The notes beneath the pieces were generated by a model that was not told the origin of the DNA, made no database searches, and worked only from the letters and a program-made list of their open reading frames with translations. From Candidatus Sungbacteria bacterium RIFCSPLOWO2_01_FULL_47_32 (GTDB taxonomy: Bacteria; Patescibacteriota; Minisyncoccia; Sungbacterales; GWA2-42-14), in the NCBI GenBank assembly GCA_001820685.1, contig MHQP01000018.1, positions 13,881-77,880 on the forward strand: a DNA stretch of 64,000 nt, written 5' to 3'. Shown piece by piece: positions 47,266-56,163 of this stretch. Positions within the stretch are counted from its first letter, which is position 1. The number at the start of each line of letters is the position of its first letter. The translations under genes and the position numbers were made by a program.

Positions 47266-48822
47266 ATGAAATCATCAGCAAAACCAGTCAGGGTCAGGAT
47301 TGCCCCAAGCCCAACCGGCAATCTTCACGTCGGTACCGCTCGTGCCGCCTTGTTTAATTATTTATTTGCAAAACACAACGATGGAACGTTTGTAGTCCGT
47401 ATTGAGGACACGGACACAGGACGCTCGACAAAAGAGTTTGAGAAAAATATTTTGGATGGTTTGCACTGGCTCGGGATCGATTGGGACGAAGGGCCGGAGC
47501 TTCAAGGAACCAGGTATCTTGGCAACCATGGACCGTACCGACAAACCGGACGCAGAGAAATATATAAAAAATATCTTGTACAATTATTGAACGAGGGGAA
47601 AGTTTTTGCCTGTTTTTGCGAAAAAAATAAAGAGGAAAGGAAGGAGAGCTCACCGAGGCATGCCGCCGATCTGCATAGTTGCCCCGACCGAGATCACGCG
47701 TACACGCTCGCAGGCTCAAGACCGTTCGTTATACGGTATAAAAATAGTGAATTTTTGGAATATTACGCTCGAAAGCAGGAGACCATTAAACACCCTGCGG
47801 AGTTAGGAGTGGCGGTAGATAGAGCAATCTACCAGGGCGCACTGATACAGTTTAACGACATTGTTAGGGATAAATTGGAATATCCTCAAGGACACCTGAT
47901 GGACTTTATTATTGCGAAAAGTCTTCATGAACCGCTTTACAACTTCGCCGTCGTTGTTGATGACCATGAAATGAAGATAACGCACGTTATCCGGGGTGAA
48001 GACCACATTCCAAACACTCCGAAGCAAATACTTCTTATCGAGGCGCTTGGCTTTTCACGCCCTGAATACGCTCATCTGCCGCTGATCCTCGGCCCAGACC
48101 GCTCAAAGCTCTCAAAACGCCATGGAGCGACGTCGGTTGATGAATATCAGGGACAAGGCTATTTGCCGGAAGCTTTGTTTAACTTCACAGCCCTTCTTGG
48201 GTGGAATCCAGGGGGAGAACAGGAAATTTTCCCAAAGTCGGAGCTGATAAAGCTTTTTTCACTTGAAAAAGTCCAGAAAGGCGGAGCTATTTTTGACACA
48301 AAAAAACTTGACTGGATGAACGGAGAGTACATTCGAAAGAAATCCATTGACGAGCTCGCGAGCCTTTGCATACCGTTTCTTGAACACGCGGGCACCGCCA
48401 ACCCGGGAGAACATGTGCGGAATCCAGAATGTCTTAAGAAAATAATGGCACTTGAACAGCCTCGCCTGAAGAAACTTTCTGAAATAGGGGAGAGGACTGA
48501 TTATTTTTTTAAGGAACCAGAATACGACCGCGAGCTTTTAAAATGGAAAACGATGTCTGAAGAGGAAATGGCCGGAACATTTGATACTCTCATTCACATT
48601 TTGTCTGATGTGACACTCCCACAATCAAAAGAAAAACTGGAAGAGCGGTTTCTTTTAGAAATCGGGACGGGAGATAAGGGACGGATCCTCTGGCCGCTCC
48701 GAGTCGCCCTTTCGGGGGAAAAATTCTCCCCTGGACCATTCGAAATACTTGAGATTCTCGGCCGGGAACAGGCACTCCGGCGCGTGAACAGGGCAAGAGA
48801 AATATATATGCAAAAGGTTTAA
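47266..48822 (+). CDS. gltX: glutamyl-tRNA synthetase
   Basis: HIGH-type motif PSPTGNLHVGTAR and KMSKS-type KLSKR; 518 aa. Confidence 0.9.
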   Translation: MKSSAKPVRVRIAPSPTGNLHVGTARAALFNYLFAKHNDGTFVVRIEDTDTGRSTKEFEKNILDGLHWLGIDWDEGPELQGTRYLGNHGPYRQTGRREIYKKYLVQLLNEGKVFACFCEKNKEERKESSPRHAADLHSCPDRDHAYTLAGSRPFVIRYKNSEFLEYYARKQETIKHPAELGVAVDRAIYQGALIQFNDIVRDKLEYPQGHLMDFIIAKSLHEPLYNFAVVVDDHEMKITHVIRGEDHIPNTPKQILLIEALGFSRPEYAHLPLILGPDRSKLSKRHGATSVDEYQGQGYLPEALFNFTALLGWNPGGEQEIFPKSELIKLFSLEKVQKGGAIFDTKKLDWMNGEYIRKKSIDELASLCIPFLEHAGTANPGEHVRNPECLKKIMALEQPRLKKLSEIGERTDYFFKEPEYDRELLKWKTMSEEEMAGTFDTLIHILSDVTLPQSKEKLEERFLLEIGTGDKGRILWPLRVALSGEKFSPGPFEILEILGREQALRRVNRAREIYMQKV

Positions 48823-48841
48823 AAATCGTTATACTGGATGC

Positions 48842-50095
48842 ATGAACCCCGGCGTATATCGTATAATCATCCGTTTTGCCGCGGTATTTCTTGCGGTATG
48901 TATTTTTAGCCAACCCGGCAGTGGGCGTGCTCTTACGGTTGAAGAGCTTCAAAAGCAAATAGACCAGAAGAACGCCAACATTAAAAAACTTGAAGCCGAC
49001 GAAGCAGCCTACCGCTCGACAATCACGGCAAGCCAAAAAACAGCAAAGACCCTCAAAAACCAGATTGGACAAATAGATGCGAACATCAAGGGATTTGATT
49101 CAAAAATAAGGATAACGAACGTCAAAATCGAAAAAGCAAACCTTGAAATAGAGGCTTTAGAACAGGGGATAGCCGATAAGGAGGCGAAAATTGCAAGACA
49201 AAAAGAAGGTATGGCGGAAGTATTGCGCCAGCTTTCGAAAAAAGACCATGAAACAATGCTTGCCGTACTGATAAAAAATGACTCATTTTCGAAGTTCCTT
49301 GGCTCGATAAACGATTTCGTTCTCGTGCAAAAGCGCTTTGATAGCTACCTTTCTCAGCTAAAACAGATCAGAACCGACCTTGGAAATCAGAAAGATGCCG
49401 CAGAGTCGAAAAAGGCGGAGTTACATCAGCTTTCCGATACTCTGGCAGACCAAAAATCTCTTCAGCAGTCCCAGCGCACCGCGCGAAATCAGCTTCTTTC
49501 CCAGACAAAGAATAAGGAACTTTCCTATCAAAACCTCCTCAAACTGAACCAGGCACAACAGGACCAGTTTCAAAAAGAACTTGAGGCGCTTGAGGAAAAA
49601 TTGCGGGTTTTGGTCGACCCGGCGTCCCTTCCTTCGGCACGCAAGGGATTTTTTTTGTGGCCCGCAGAGGGGAGGCTATCGCAAGGATACGGCCGCACGG
49701 CGTTTGCTATACGCTCTGACTTTTATAGTTTCCACAATGGCATCGATATTGCGAACGCGTACGGAACGCCGATCCTGGCACCGTATGACGGGCGTGTTGT
49801 GCACACCGGCGATAACGATAAGTACTGCCCGCACGGCGCGTATGGAAAGTTTATTTTAATCGACCACGGAAATAACCTTACAACTCTTTACGGGCATCTT
49901 TCGCTGACCAAAGTCTCGGAAGGAGGTATAGTCAAACAAGGCCAACTTATCGGATACATGGGGATATCCGGTCTTGCAACCGGATCCCATCTGCATTTTA
50001 CGGTTTATGATTCGAGAACTCTTGAATTCAAGCAGAGTCGTGTTTGCGGCCCCATGCCGTATGGCGGTTCTGTAAATCCGCTTGATTATCTGTAA
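48842..50095 (+). CDS. M23 family metallopeptidase with N-terminal coiled coil (EnvC-like)
   Basis: Signal peptide, about 230-aa coiled coil, then a LytM/M23 domain (HNGIDIANAYGTPILAP...GHLSL...GSHLHF). Confidence 0.8.
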   Translation: MNPGVYRIIIRFAAVFLAVCIFSQPGSGRALTVEELQKQIDQKNANIKKLEADEAAYRSTITASQKTAKTLKNQIGQIDANIKGFDSKIRITNVKIEKANLEIEALEQGIADKEAKIARQKEGMAEVLRQLSKKDHETMLAVLIKNDSFSKFLGSINDFVLVQKRFDSYLSQLKQIRTDLGNQKDAAESKKAELHQLSDTLADQKSLQQSQRTARNQLLSQTKNKELSYQNLLKLNQAQQDQFQKELEALEEKLRVLVDPASLPSARKGFFLWPAEGRLSQGYGRTAFAIRSDFYSFHNGIDIANAYGTPILAPYDGRVVHTGDNDKYCPHGAYGKFILIDHGNNLTTLYGHLSLTKVSEGGIVKQGQLIGYMGISGLATGSHLHFTVYDSRTLEFKQSRVCGPMPYGGSVNPLDYL

Positions 50096-50109
50096 AAAAA
50101 CAGCAACAT

Positions 50110-50541
50110 ATGACTGAAAAGGCAATAATCATATTTCCAGCACTTCTAGTCCTCATTTTTTCGTCCCTAACGGCGGAGGCGCGTTTTACGGGCGTAAACA
50201 ACCAAACGAACACTTCAACCTCTTCCGGGTTAACAATGGCCGCCTCAAGTACTGCCGGAAGCGCTACAGCAACACCTCAAGCTACCTCAAGCACCAGCCT
50301 TGACCCAAACACCTTGTTTAAGAACATCCGAAACGCCTTATCAATCGAACTGCCCGGCTTGCATCTTAACCTTATTTCCGGTCCAATTTCCGATTTTTTT
50401 AAGCAGAAGACAATCCTCGCCGGGGATGCGTTACGAAAGAGCGTGTACGCGAATATTTCCGATATTTTACACCGTATCAACGAAGCAGTGAAAAAATGGA
50501 TAGACCAGTTTCGTCGCGATTTCGGGACATTGCGGAGTTGA
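50110..50541 (+). CDS. hypothetical secreted protein
   Basis: Signal peptide MTEKAIIIFPALLVLIFSSLTAEA; a Ser/Thr-rich segment. Confidence 0.45.
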   Translation: MTEKAIIIFPALLVLIFSSLTAEARFTGVNNQTNTSTSSGLTMAASSTAGSATATPQATSSTSLDPNTLFKNIRNALSIELPGLHLNLISGPISDFFKQKTILAGDALRKSVYANISDILHRINEAVKKWIDQFRRDFGTLRS

Positions 50542-50653
50542 GGAAACACCCTGCACTATGCGTCGTAAAAGGTATATTGTGCGACTGTATAGAACAAAAG
50601 AAATAGGCCTAAAAAGGCCTTCCCCCGCAGTGTTTATACCACAAGGATTTAAT

Positions 50654-50935
50654 TTAGATGTATTCTCTATTCCGAGGCGACACAATAAGCGTTCCAAGGC
50701 CGGATAAAAGAATGCTTGAAGCGAAATAGCGACAGCGTTTTTTGAGATCAGCGCCGCGAGTTATCCGAAAGCTGTGTCCGGCTTGTTCTGCCGCTTTCCT
50801 GAAAGCCGCCATGAAACTGTTCGGGCTTGCGTGCGGCTTCTGGCACGCCTTTTGCATTCGCATTACTATCTCAAGCGGAGTTCCGGAGTATGTCTCTCCA
50901 GGAAAGCCGTTCAGGGACTTGATCCGTATCTTCAT
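50654..50935 (-). CDS. possible small protein (93 aa) in the GC-rich spacer; very uncertain
   Basis: Antisense ORF with protein-like composition (MKIRIKSLNGFPGETYSGTPLEIVMRMQKACQKPHASP...). Lies in a region that is otherwise non-coding on the + strand. Confidence 0.2.
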   Translation of the reverse strand: MKIRIKSLNGFPGETYSGTPLEIVMRMQKACQKPHASPNSFMAAFRKAAEQAGHSFRITRGADLKKRCRYFASSILLSGLGTLIVSPRNREYI

Positions 50936-51007
50936 CTGCTCATGCCCCGCACCAATTTTTTAAATGCGCTTTATACTAGCCTTTCTTCAGAAATATTGCA
51001 AACCGCC

Positions 51008-52207
51008 ATGAGAACATCTTATTCCGCATTGCAGACATACACGCAGTGCCCTCAAAAATATAAGTTCCAGGAGATAGACAGGATACCTGCAAAAAAATCA
51101 AAGGAAGCTGTTTTTGGAACCTATGTGCATAGCGCCCTGAACTTTATGTTCAAGCAGACTCCCCTTTTCCCGACAGTAGAGGAGACTTGCGGTCATTTCC
51201 GAATAAATTTTCCCGCGTCTCCGAATGATGTATTCGAAACCGAAGCGATACGCAAAGCCTATTTCGACGAAGGGGTCCGTATTCTAAAAAGTTTTTATAA
51301 AAAAAATCCGCCTTGGAATTTTTCCGTTCTTGGCCTTGAAACACGCTTTGAAGTAATTCTTGAGGATGAAAAGAACAGCGCAACACATATTCTTGCAGGG
51401 AAGATTGACCGCATCGACAAGCTTTCCGACGGAACGTATGAGATTATAGATTACAAAACAGCAAAGCGCCTCCCCTCCCAGGAGGCGGTTGACTCCGACC
51501 TTCAATTATCGCTCTATGCCCTTGGTGTTCAAAAAAAATGGCCGCACATGAGTTCAGAGAATCTGAAAGTTTCGCTTTACTTCCTAAAGCACCAGGAAAA
51601 GCTCTCGTCCCTGCGAACCCCGGACTCGGGGCAACGTGTTCTCCGGAACGCACTTGAAACTATCTCTGAAATATCGACGCGCACCGCTGGGAATAAGCAG
51701 TTCGAGCCGATGCCATCGGCTCTTTGCGATTATTGTCCATATAAACCGCTATGCCCGGCATGGAAACATCTATACCGGAAACGAGCAACGAATCCTACGG
51801 ACTCCGCTCCCCTTCCAATCGATGACATTACAAAAGAATACCTTGCTTTAAAAAAGGAGGACCAAAAGAATGGAAAACGCATGGACGAACTTCAAGCGAA
51901 AATAAAAGAATATATGGAACGTGAAGGCGTTACGCGCGTGTTTGGGGACGAGGGATATATCTCTCGCTCTGTTCAGACGCGCCACTCCTATCGTTTCGAC
52001 AAAATACGGGAAATACTTGAGCCAATCGGTAAATGGAAAGACATATTGGATGCCGATGAAAAAAAGCTCAGGTCTTTGATGAAGGAACTGCCGGAAGAAA
52101 CACGGCAAAAACTTATTCTTTACGGCATCGAGACAAGAGAGTTCATTGCTTTGAAGGTTTCTTTGAAGAAAATAAAAAGTCCGGAAGAAGTTTCTCCGGC
52201 ACAATAA
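51008..52207 (+). CDS. PD-(D/E)XK nuclease, Cas4/RecB-like, with C-terminal Fe-S cysteine cluster
   Basis: N-terminal SYSALQTYTQCPQKYKF (first cluster Cys); core IDRID...EIIDYKT (D...E.K); QLSLYAL; C-terminal CDYCPYKPLCPAW. Start chosen at the Met giving the canonical N-terminus; the ORF extends to 50774. Confidence 0.7.
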   Translation: MRTSYSALQTYTQCPQKYKFQEIDRIPAKKSKEAVFGTYVHSALNFMFKQTPLFPTVEETCGHFRINFPASPNDVFETEAIRKAYFDEGVRILKSFYKKNPPWNFSVLGLETRFEVILEDEKNSATHILAGKIDRIDKLSDGTYEIIDYKTAKRLPSQEAVDSDLQLSLYALGVQKKWPHMSSENLKVSLYFLKHQEKLSSLRTPDSGQRVLRNALETISEISTRTAGNKQFEPMPSALCDYCPYKPLCPAWKHLYRKRATNPTDSAPLPIDDITKEYLALKKEDQKNGKRMDELQAKIKEYMEREGVTRVFGDEGYISRSVQTRHSYRFDKIREILEPIGKWKDILDADEKKLRSLMKELPEETRQKLILYGIETREFIALKVSLKKIKSPEEVSPAQ

Positions 52208-52228
52208 TACACCCTAAAATTTCTGCCC

Positions 52229-52633
52229 CTAAAGGCCGGCGCAGTTGCCGGCAGGCTTATATCCCTTCGCTTCGGCTTCTTCTTTAGTTTGGAACCATAT
52301 TTTATTTCCCTCTTTCATTTTTTGAGCTCCTGGACACCACGGAAAATGGTATGCGGTTCCATTTTTTGACGCAACATACATTCCGTGCAGGTCTTTTTGG
52401 CGCGTAGTACTCGCTAATCCGGACTCTTTGCCACCTACCCGCGCACCCAGAGAAAGGTTCGCTGTGTGTTCACTTTGACGAATCGTTATCGCATGCGACT
52501 TCGGCCATACTGCCGAAAGGCGGCCAAGTCCGAAACTTGCGAGGGCCACGAGAAAGACTATCAATCCCAAAAGAAGATCTTTCCCGGACTCTTTGAGGTA
52601 CCCCTTGATTTTTTCATAAAATAGGTATAGCAT
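52229..52633 (-). CDS. membrane-anchored Ada-type Zn-binding domain protein
   Basis: N-terminal TM helix; C-terminal YHFPWCPGAQKMKEGNKIWFQTKEEAEAKGYKPAGNC resembles the Ada N-terminal metal-binding domain (CxxC...C). Confidence 0.55.
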   Translation of the reverse strand: MLYLFYEKIKGYLKESGKDLLLGLIVFLVALASFGLGRLSAVWPKSHAITIRQSEHTANLSLGARVGGKESGLASTTRQKDLHGMYVASKNGTAYHFPWCPGAQKMKEGNKIWFQTKEEAEAKGYKPAGNCAGL

Positions 52634-52739
52634 ATATAAAACTAAGAAAATCGTAATGAGTGGATGTTTTTCGGGTTTTTGGCCGGTCCTCCCCCGCGGG
52701 AAGACATAATACCGAAGCAGTCGGCTCTTATATACTTCT

Positions 52740-53021
52740 ATGGCGCATACAAAAGCAGGCGGAACAACTAAACTGGGAAGAGATTCACAGCCTAAATATC
52801 TCGGAGTTAAGAGATACAGCGGTGAGGCCGTAAAGCCGGGTGAAATTTTGGTACGCCAGCGCGGAACAAAGATACTCCCCGGAAAGAATGTCCGTACCGG
52901 AAGCGATTATACATTATATGCGGTAAGAACCGGATTTGTAAAGTTTCAAAATGTGCGCAAAACGCGCTTTGACGGAACAAAGCGCTATGCAAAACTGGTA
53001 AGCGTTGTAGAAAAACGCTAA
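52740..53021 (+). CDS. rpmA: 50S ribosomal protein L27 with about 10-aa C-terminal extension
   Basis: [29 protein letters not shown]...[17 protein letters not shown] matches L27. Confidence 0.9.
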   Translation: MAHTKAGGTTKLGRDSQPKYLGVKRYSGEAVKPGEILVRQRGTKILPGKNVRTGSDYTLYAVRTGFVKFQNVRKTRFDGTKRYAKLVSVVEKR

Positions 53022-53086
53022 CCCCGCTCGTTGAAAAACCGAAAAAACCGCCTACCCCCAAACATGCCCCCCGAACGGAGAAAGCC

Positions 53087-53662
53087 ATGACCGCTCTTGA
53101 AACACCCGGAGAGACATCCCCAACGCTTCTTCCGGAGCCTTTCACGCGTGACCCAAAAGGACATCCCGTGTTTACCCACGAATTCTGCGGCGGAGATATC
53201 CTCCAGGATGAGGAGAAAGGAGTTCCTGGATACCGCAGGTGCGCAAAATGCCGAAAGAAATTTCCAGCGAATCTCGAGCACACAGAACCCGATGTTATGG
53301 GGAAAGTATGCGGCGGACGCTTCCGCTTTCTTGATGCCAATGACGAAACCGGACACTCCCGTCCGCTATCTAGGCGGACATTTGATCGAACATGCTCAGC
53401 ATGCGGTAAAAAGGAGCACCACTCAACGACGCACATGATTGTTGTCTTCAAAAAAGGCATTTTCGAGGAAACAGCGAAGCATTTTATTCGCGCGAGAACC
53501 TTTACCTTATCTGAGATCAAGCACGACACTCACGACCCAGCAATTGTGGCAATGGTTGTTAGCATACCACGCTCATCTGCGCCGTTACCTCTCTGTTCGT
53601 ATGTTGACAGACTCGAGGAAGAGCACGAGGTCCTTATGGCCTCTCCAATTCTCTCAAAATGA
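53087..53662 (+). CDS. hypothetical protein with two CxxC...CxxC zinc-ribbon-like units
   Basis: Good Shine-Dalgarno (GGAGAAAGCC-ATG). FCGGDI...CAKCRKKF and VCGGRF...CSACGKKEHH look like an internal duplication. The locus is GC-richer than its flanks. Confidence 0.45.
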   Translation: MTALETPGETSPTLLPEPFTRDPKGHPVFTHEFCGGDILQDEEKGVPGYRRCAKCRKKFPANLEHTEPDVMGKVCGGRFRFLDANDETGHSRPLSRRTFDRTCSACGKKEHHSTTHMIVVFKKGIFEETAKHFIRARTFTLSEIKHDTHDPAIVAMVVSIPRSSAPLPLCSYVDRLEEEHEVLMASPILSK

Positions 53663-53688
53663 AAACCGCCTTCCGGCGATTTTTTATT
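53662..53688. terminator. bidirectional terminator between the zinc-ribbon ORF and convergent pyrG
   Basis: AAAA-ccgcc-ttcc-ggcga-TTTTTT (4/5 bp stem). Confidence 0.5.
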
Positions 53689-53766
53689 ACTTGTCCTCAA
53701 TTCCCCCTTCCCACTCACGCAAAGCATAGCCGACATAAACGTCAAAACATTCTTAGCTCACAAAAT

Positions 53767-55392
53767 TTATTTTCTCTTCTTTGCGGCTGCACGGATAAAT
53801 TCGCGGAAAAGCGGATGCGGATTCAGAGGACGCGATTTGAATTCGGGATGAAACTGGGTACCGACAAAAAACGGATGGTTTTTGAGTTCAACAATTTCGA
53901 CGAGATTTCGCTCCGGGTTCACGCCTGATACGATAAGCCCTCTTGCTTCAAGAGTTTCTCGAAAATCGTTATTGACCTCATAGCGGTGGCGATGGCGCTC
54001 GGAAACAAGTTTTGTCTTATACGCGCGGTATGCGTGCGTCCCTTTTTTTACTTCACACGTATACGCCCCGAGCCGCATCGAACCGCCCAGATGCTTTTCG
54101 CTGATGTTAATGAGCTGTTCAGGAAGCGTATCTACGACGGGGTATTTTGTCTTTGGCGCGACTTCTGTTGTATTTGCTCCGGGCATACGGGCAATGTGGC
54201 GGGCAAATTCAACAACCGCAAGCTGAAGGCCGTAGCAAAGGCCTAAAAAGGGTACTTTATTCTTGCGCACATACTCAATTGCTTTTATCTTACCTTCAAC
54301 CCCGCGCGCTCCAAACCCGCCGGGAACGACAATCCCATCAAATTCTTTGAGCTCTTTTAGTGACTTCGGGTCTTTTTCGTATTTTTCCGCATTCAGCCAC
54401 ACAAGCTCCGGCTTTCCTCCTCCCGCCCAGATTGCATGCTTCAGAGCTTCAATAACTGAAATGTAGGAATCGGCAAGGGTAAAGCTCCCGGTACCGAAAT
54501 ATTTTCCGATTATCCCGATGGTGACGACTCGATTTGCGCGGCGTATTTTTCTGACAAGCCGTTCCCAGTCCTTATTATTTTTCTTACGGGACCTCAGCTC
54601 GAATTTCGAGAGCAGCCGGTCACCAAGCCTTTCCTTTTCAAAATTTACCGGAACCTCATAAATTGTCGTTATATCGGGGGCTGAAATAACATCTTCGGGT
54701 GAAACGTTGCAAAAAATAGAAATTTTTCTTTTTCGCGGTTCATCCAGCGGCATAACAGAGCGCGCAATAATAATGTCAGGCTGAATTCCGGCATAATTCA
54801 TGGAGCGCACCGCGTATTGAGTCGGCTTTGTTTTCATCTCGCCGATCATTTTTGGAACCGGTAAATATGACACGAGAACGAACAGGACATCCTTCGGGTG
54901 TGTAAGGCGCATGATGCGACCTGCTTCAAGAAAAAGAGCATTTTGATACTCCCCCACAGTTCCGCCAATCTCGATAAGAACGAGCTCGGCTTTCGCCTTT
55001 TTTCCCGCCCGTTCAAGCCTCCGGATAACCTCTTCAGGAATATGGGGAATGGTTTCGACGCATCGCCCGCCGTATTCAAGATTCCGCTCCCGCTGAATAA
55101 CCGTCTGGTAGATAAGCCCGGTCGTCATATAGTTGTCGCGCGGAAGATTCTCATCCAAAAAACGTTCATAGTTCCCGACGTCCTGGTCGCACTCAACGCC
55201 GTCTTCCGTTACAAAAACTTCCCCATGCTCAATGGGGTTCATCGTTCCGGCGTCCACGTTGATATAGGGGTCAATTTTGACCGCTGTTACGCGGAATCCC
55301 CGGCTTTTTAAAATACGACCGATCGAAGAAGTTGAAACGCCCTTTCCTATCCCCGACATGACGCCGCCGCAGACGAATATGTATTTTGTCAT
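53767..55392 (-). CDS. pyrG: CTP synthase
   Basis: N-terminal MTKYIFVCGGVMSGIGKG and C-terminal glutamine amidotransferase domain (GLCYGLQ). Start at the Met giving the canonical N-terminus. Confidence 0.9.
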   Translation of the reverse strand: MTKYIFVCGGVMSGIGKGVSTSSIGRILKSRGFRVTAVKIDPYINVDAGTMNPIEHGEVFVTEDGVECDQDVGNYERFLDENLPRDNYMTTGLIYQTVIQRERNLEYGGRCVETIPHIPEEVIRRLERAGKKAKAELVLIEIGGTVGEYQNALFLEAGRIMRLTHPKDVLFVLVSYLPVPKMIGEMKTKPTQYAVRSMNYAGIQPDIIIARSVMPLDEPRKRKISIFCNVSPEDVISAPDITTIYEVPVNFEKERLGDRLLSKFELRSRKKNNKDWERLVRKIRRANRVVTIGIIGKYFGTGSFTLADSYISVIEALKHAIWAGGGKPELVWLNAEKYEKDPKSLKELKEFDGIVVPGGFGARGVEGKIKAIEYVRKNKVPFLGLCYGLQLAVVEFARHIARMPGANTTEVAPKTKYPVVDTLPEQLINISEKHLGGSMRLGAYTCEVKKGTHAYRAYKTKLVSERHRHRYEVNNDFRETLEARGLIVSGVNPERNLVEIVELKNHPFFVGTQFHPEFKSRPLNPHPLFREFIRAAAKKRK

Positions 55393-55396
55393 TGTG

Positions 55397-55867
55397 CTAA
55401 GATTTTGACTTTTTCCCTTTAGATTCTTCTTTTTCAACAAGGACTTTCACCGAAGTTTCAATGCCGAACGGGAGCTTGAGCGTAACATTCCATCCGCCTG
55501 TCTTTTTTATCGGTTCTTCGAGCGCTATCCACTCCTTCTCAATATGGAACTTTTCCCGCTTCAGAGCATCGGCAATATCCTTTGACGAAGCTGAACCGAA
55601 CGCTTGCCCTTCCTCTCCAATCTTCAGTCTGATCGTTACTTGGTGCCCGATGAGGCGTGTCGCAAGAGCCTGAACTTCCTCCATTTTCTTTTTTTTGCTC
55701 GCTTCTTCCCGTGCAGTGGCGTTCCCGATCATCTTCACCACCCCGTCCGTTGCCGGAAATGCAAGATCCTTAGGAAAAAGAAAATTGCGGGCGAATCCCT
55801 CCGCGACTTCTTTCACATCGCCTTTTTTTCCAAGTGAAGCAACCTTTTCTTTTAATATGACTTTCAT
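55397..55867 (-). CDS. rplI: 50S ribosomal protein L9
   Basis: MKVILKEKVASLGKKGDVKEVAEGFARNFLFP is the L9 N-domain. Confidence 0.85.
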   Translation of the reverse strand: MKVILKEKVASLGKKGDVKEVAEGFARNFLFPKDLAFPATDGVVKMIGNATAREEASKKKKMEEVQALATRLIGHQVTIRLKIGEEGQAFGSASSKDIADALKREKFHIEKEWIALEEPIKKTGGWNVTLKLPFGIETSVKVLVEKEESKGKKSKS

Positions 55868-55892
55868 ACGTCTAACGAATAGTTAAAGAAAA

Positions 55893-56162
55893 TTATCGGA
55901 TTTCAAACCCGGTGAATTCTCCTGTTGCAGTATCTTTGCGCGATTCAACGCGATCAACGCGCGACCATTCTGTACCCTTTTTACACCATTCCTCGAGTTT
56001 CTGCAATGCTTCGCCGTTTCCTTCGGCAGTGATGACAACAGAGCCATCTGCGTCGTTTCTTACAAATCCCGTGATACCGAGGCTTTTAGCAACCGTCCGT
56101 GCACTCTCCCTGAAAAAGACTCCCTGCACCAGGCCGATGACGCGAAAGAACATGCGCTCCAT
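55893..56162 (-). CDS. acyP: acylphosphatase
   Basis: VIGLVQGVFFRESARTVAKSLGITGFVRNDADGSV matches the acylphosphatase signatures. Confidence 0.8.
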   Translation of the reverse strand: MERMFFRVIGLVQGVFFRESARTVAKSLGITGFVRNDADGSVVITAEGNGEALQKLEEWCKKGTEWSRVDRVESRKDTATGEFTGFEIR

Positions 56163-56163
56163 A

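Noticed and set aside
50542-51007. RNase P RNA, SRP RNA, tmRNA or 6S RNA in the GC-rich spacer
   Set aside because: The conserved strings are not present (AGGAAAGUCCGGGCUCC for RNase P, GGUCCGGAAGGAAGCAGCC for SRP, and no tRNA-like 3' end or tag ORF for tmRNA). The region is left as an unclassified structured region.
52807-53529. 240-aa minus-strand ORF
   Set aside because: It overlaps rpmA and the zinc-ribbon ORF antisense. It is Ser/Arg/Pro-rich junk-like, has no start context, and the + strand genes carry clear motifs and an RBS.
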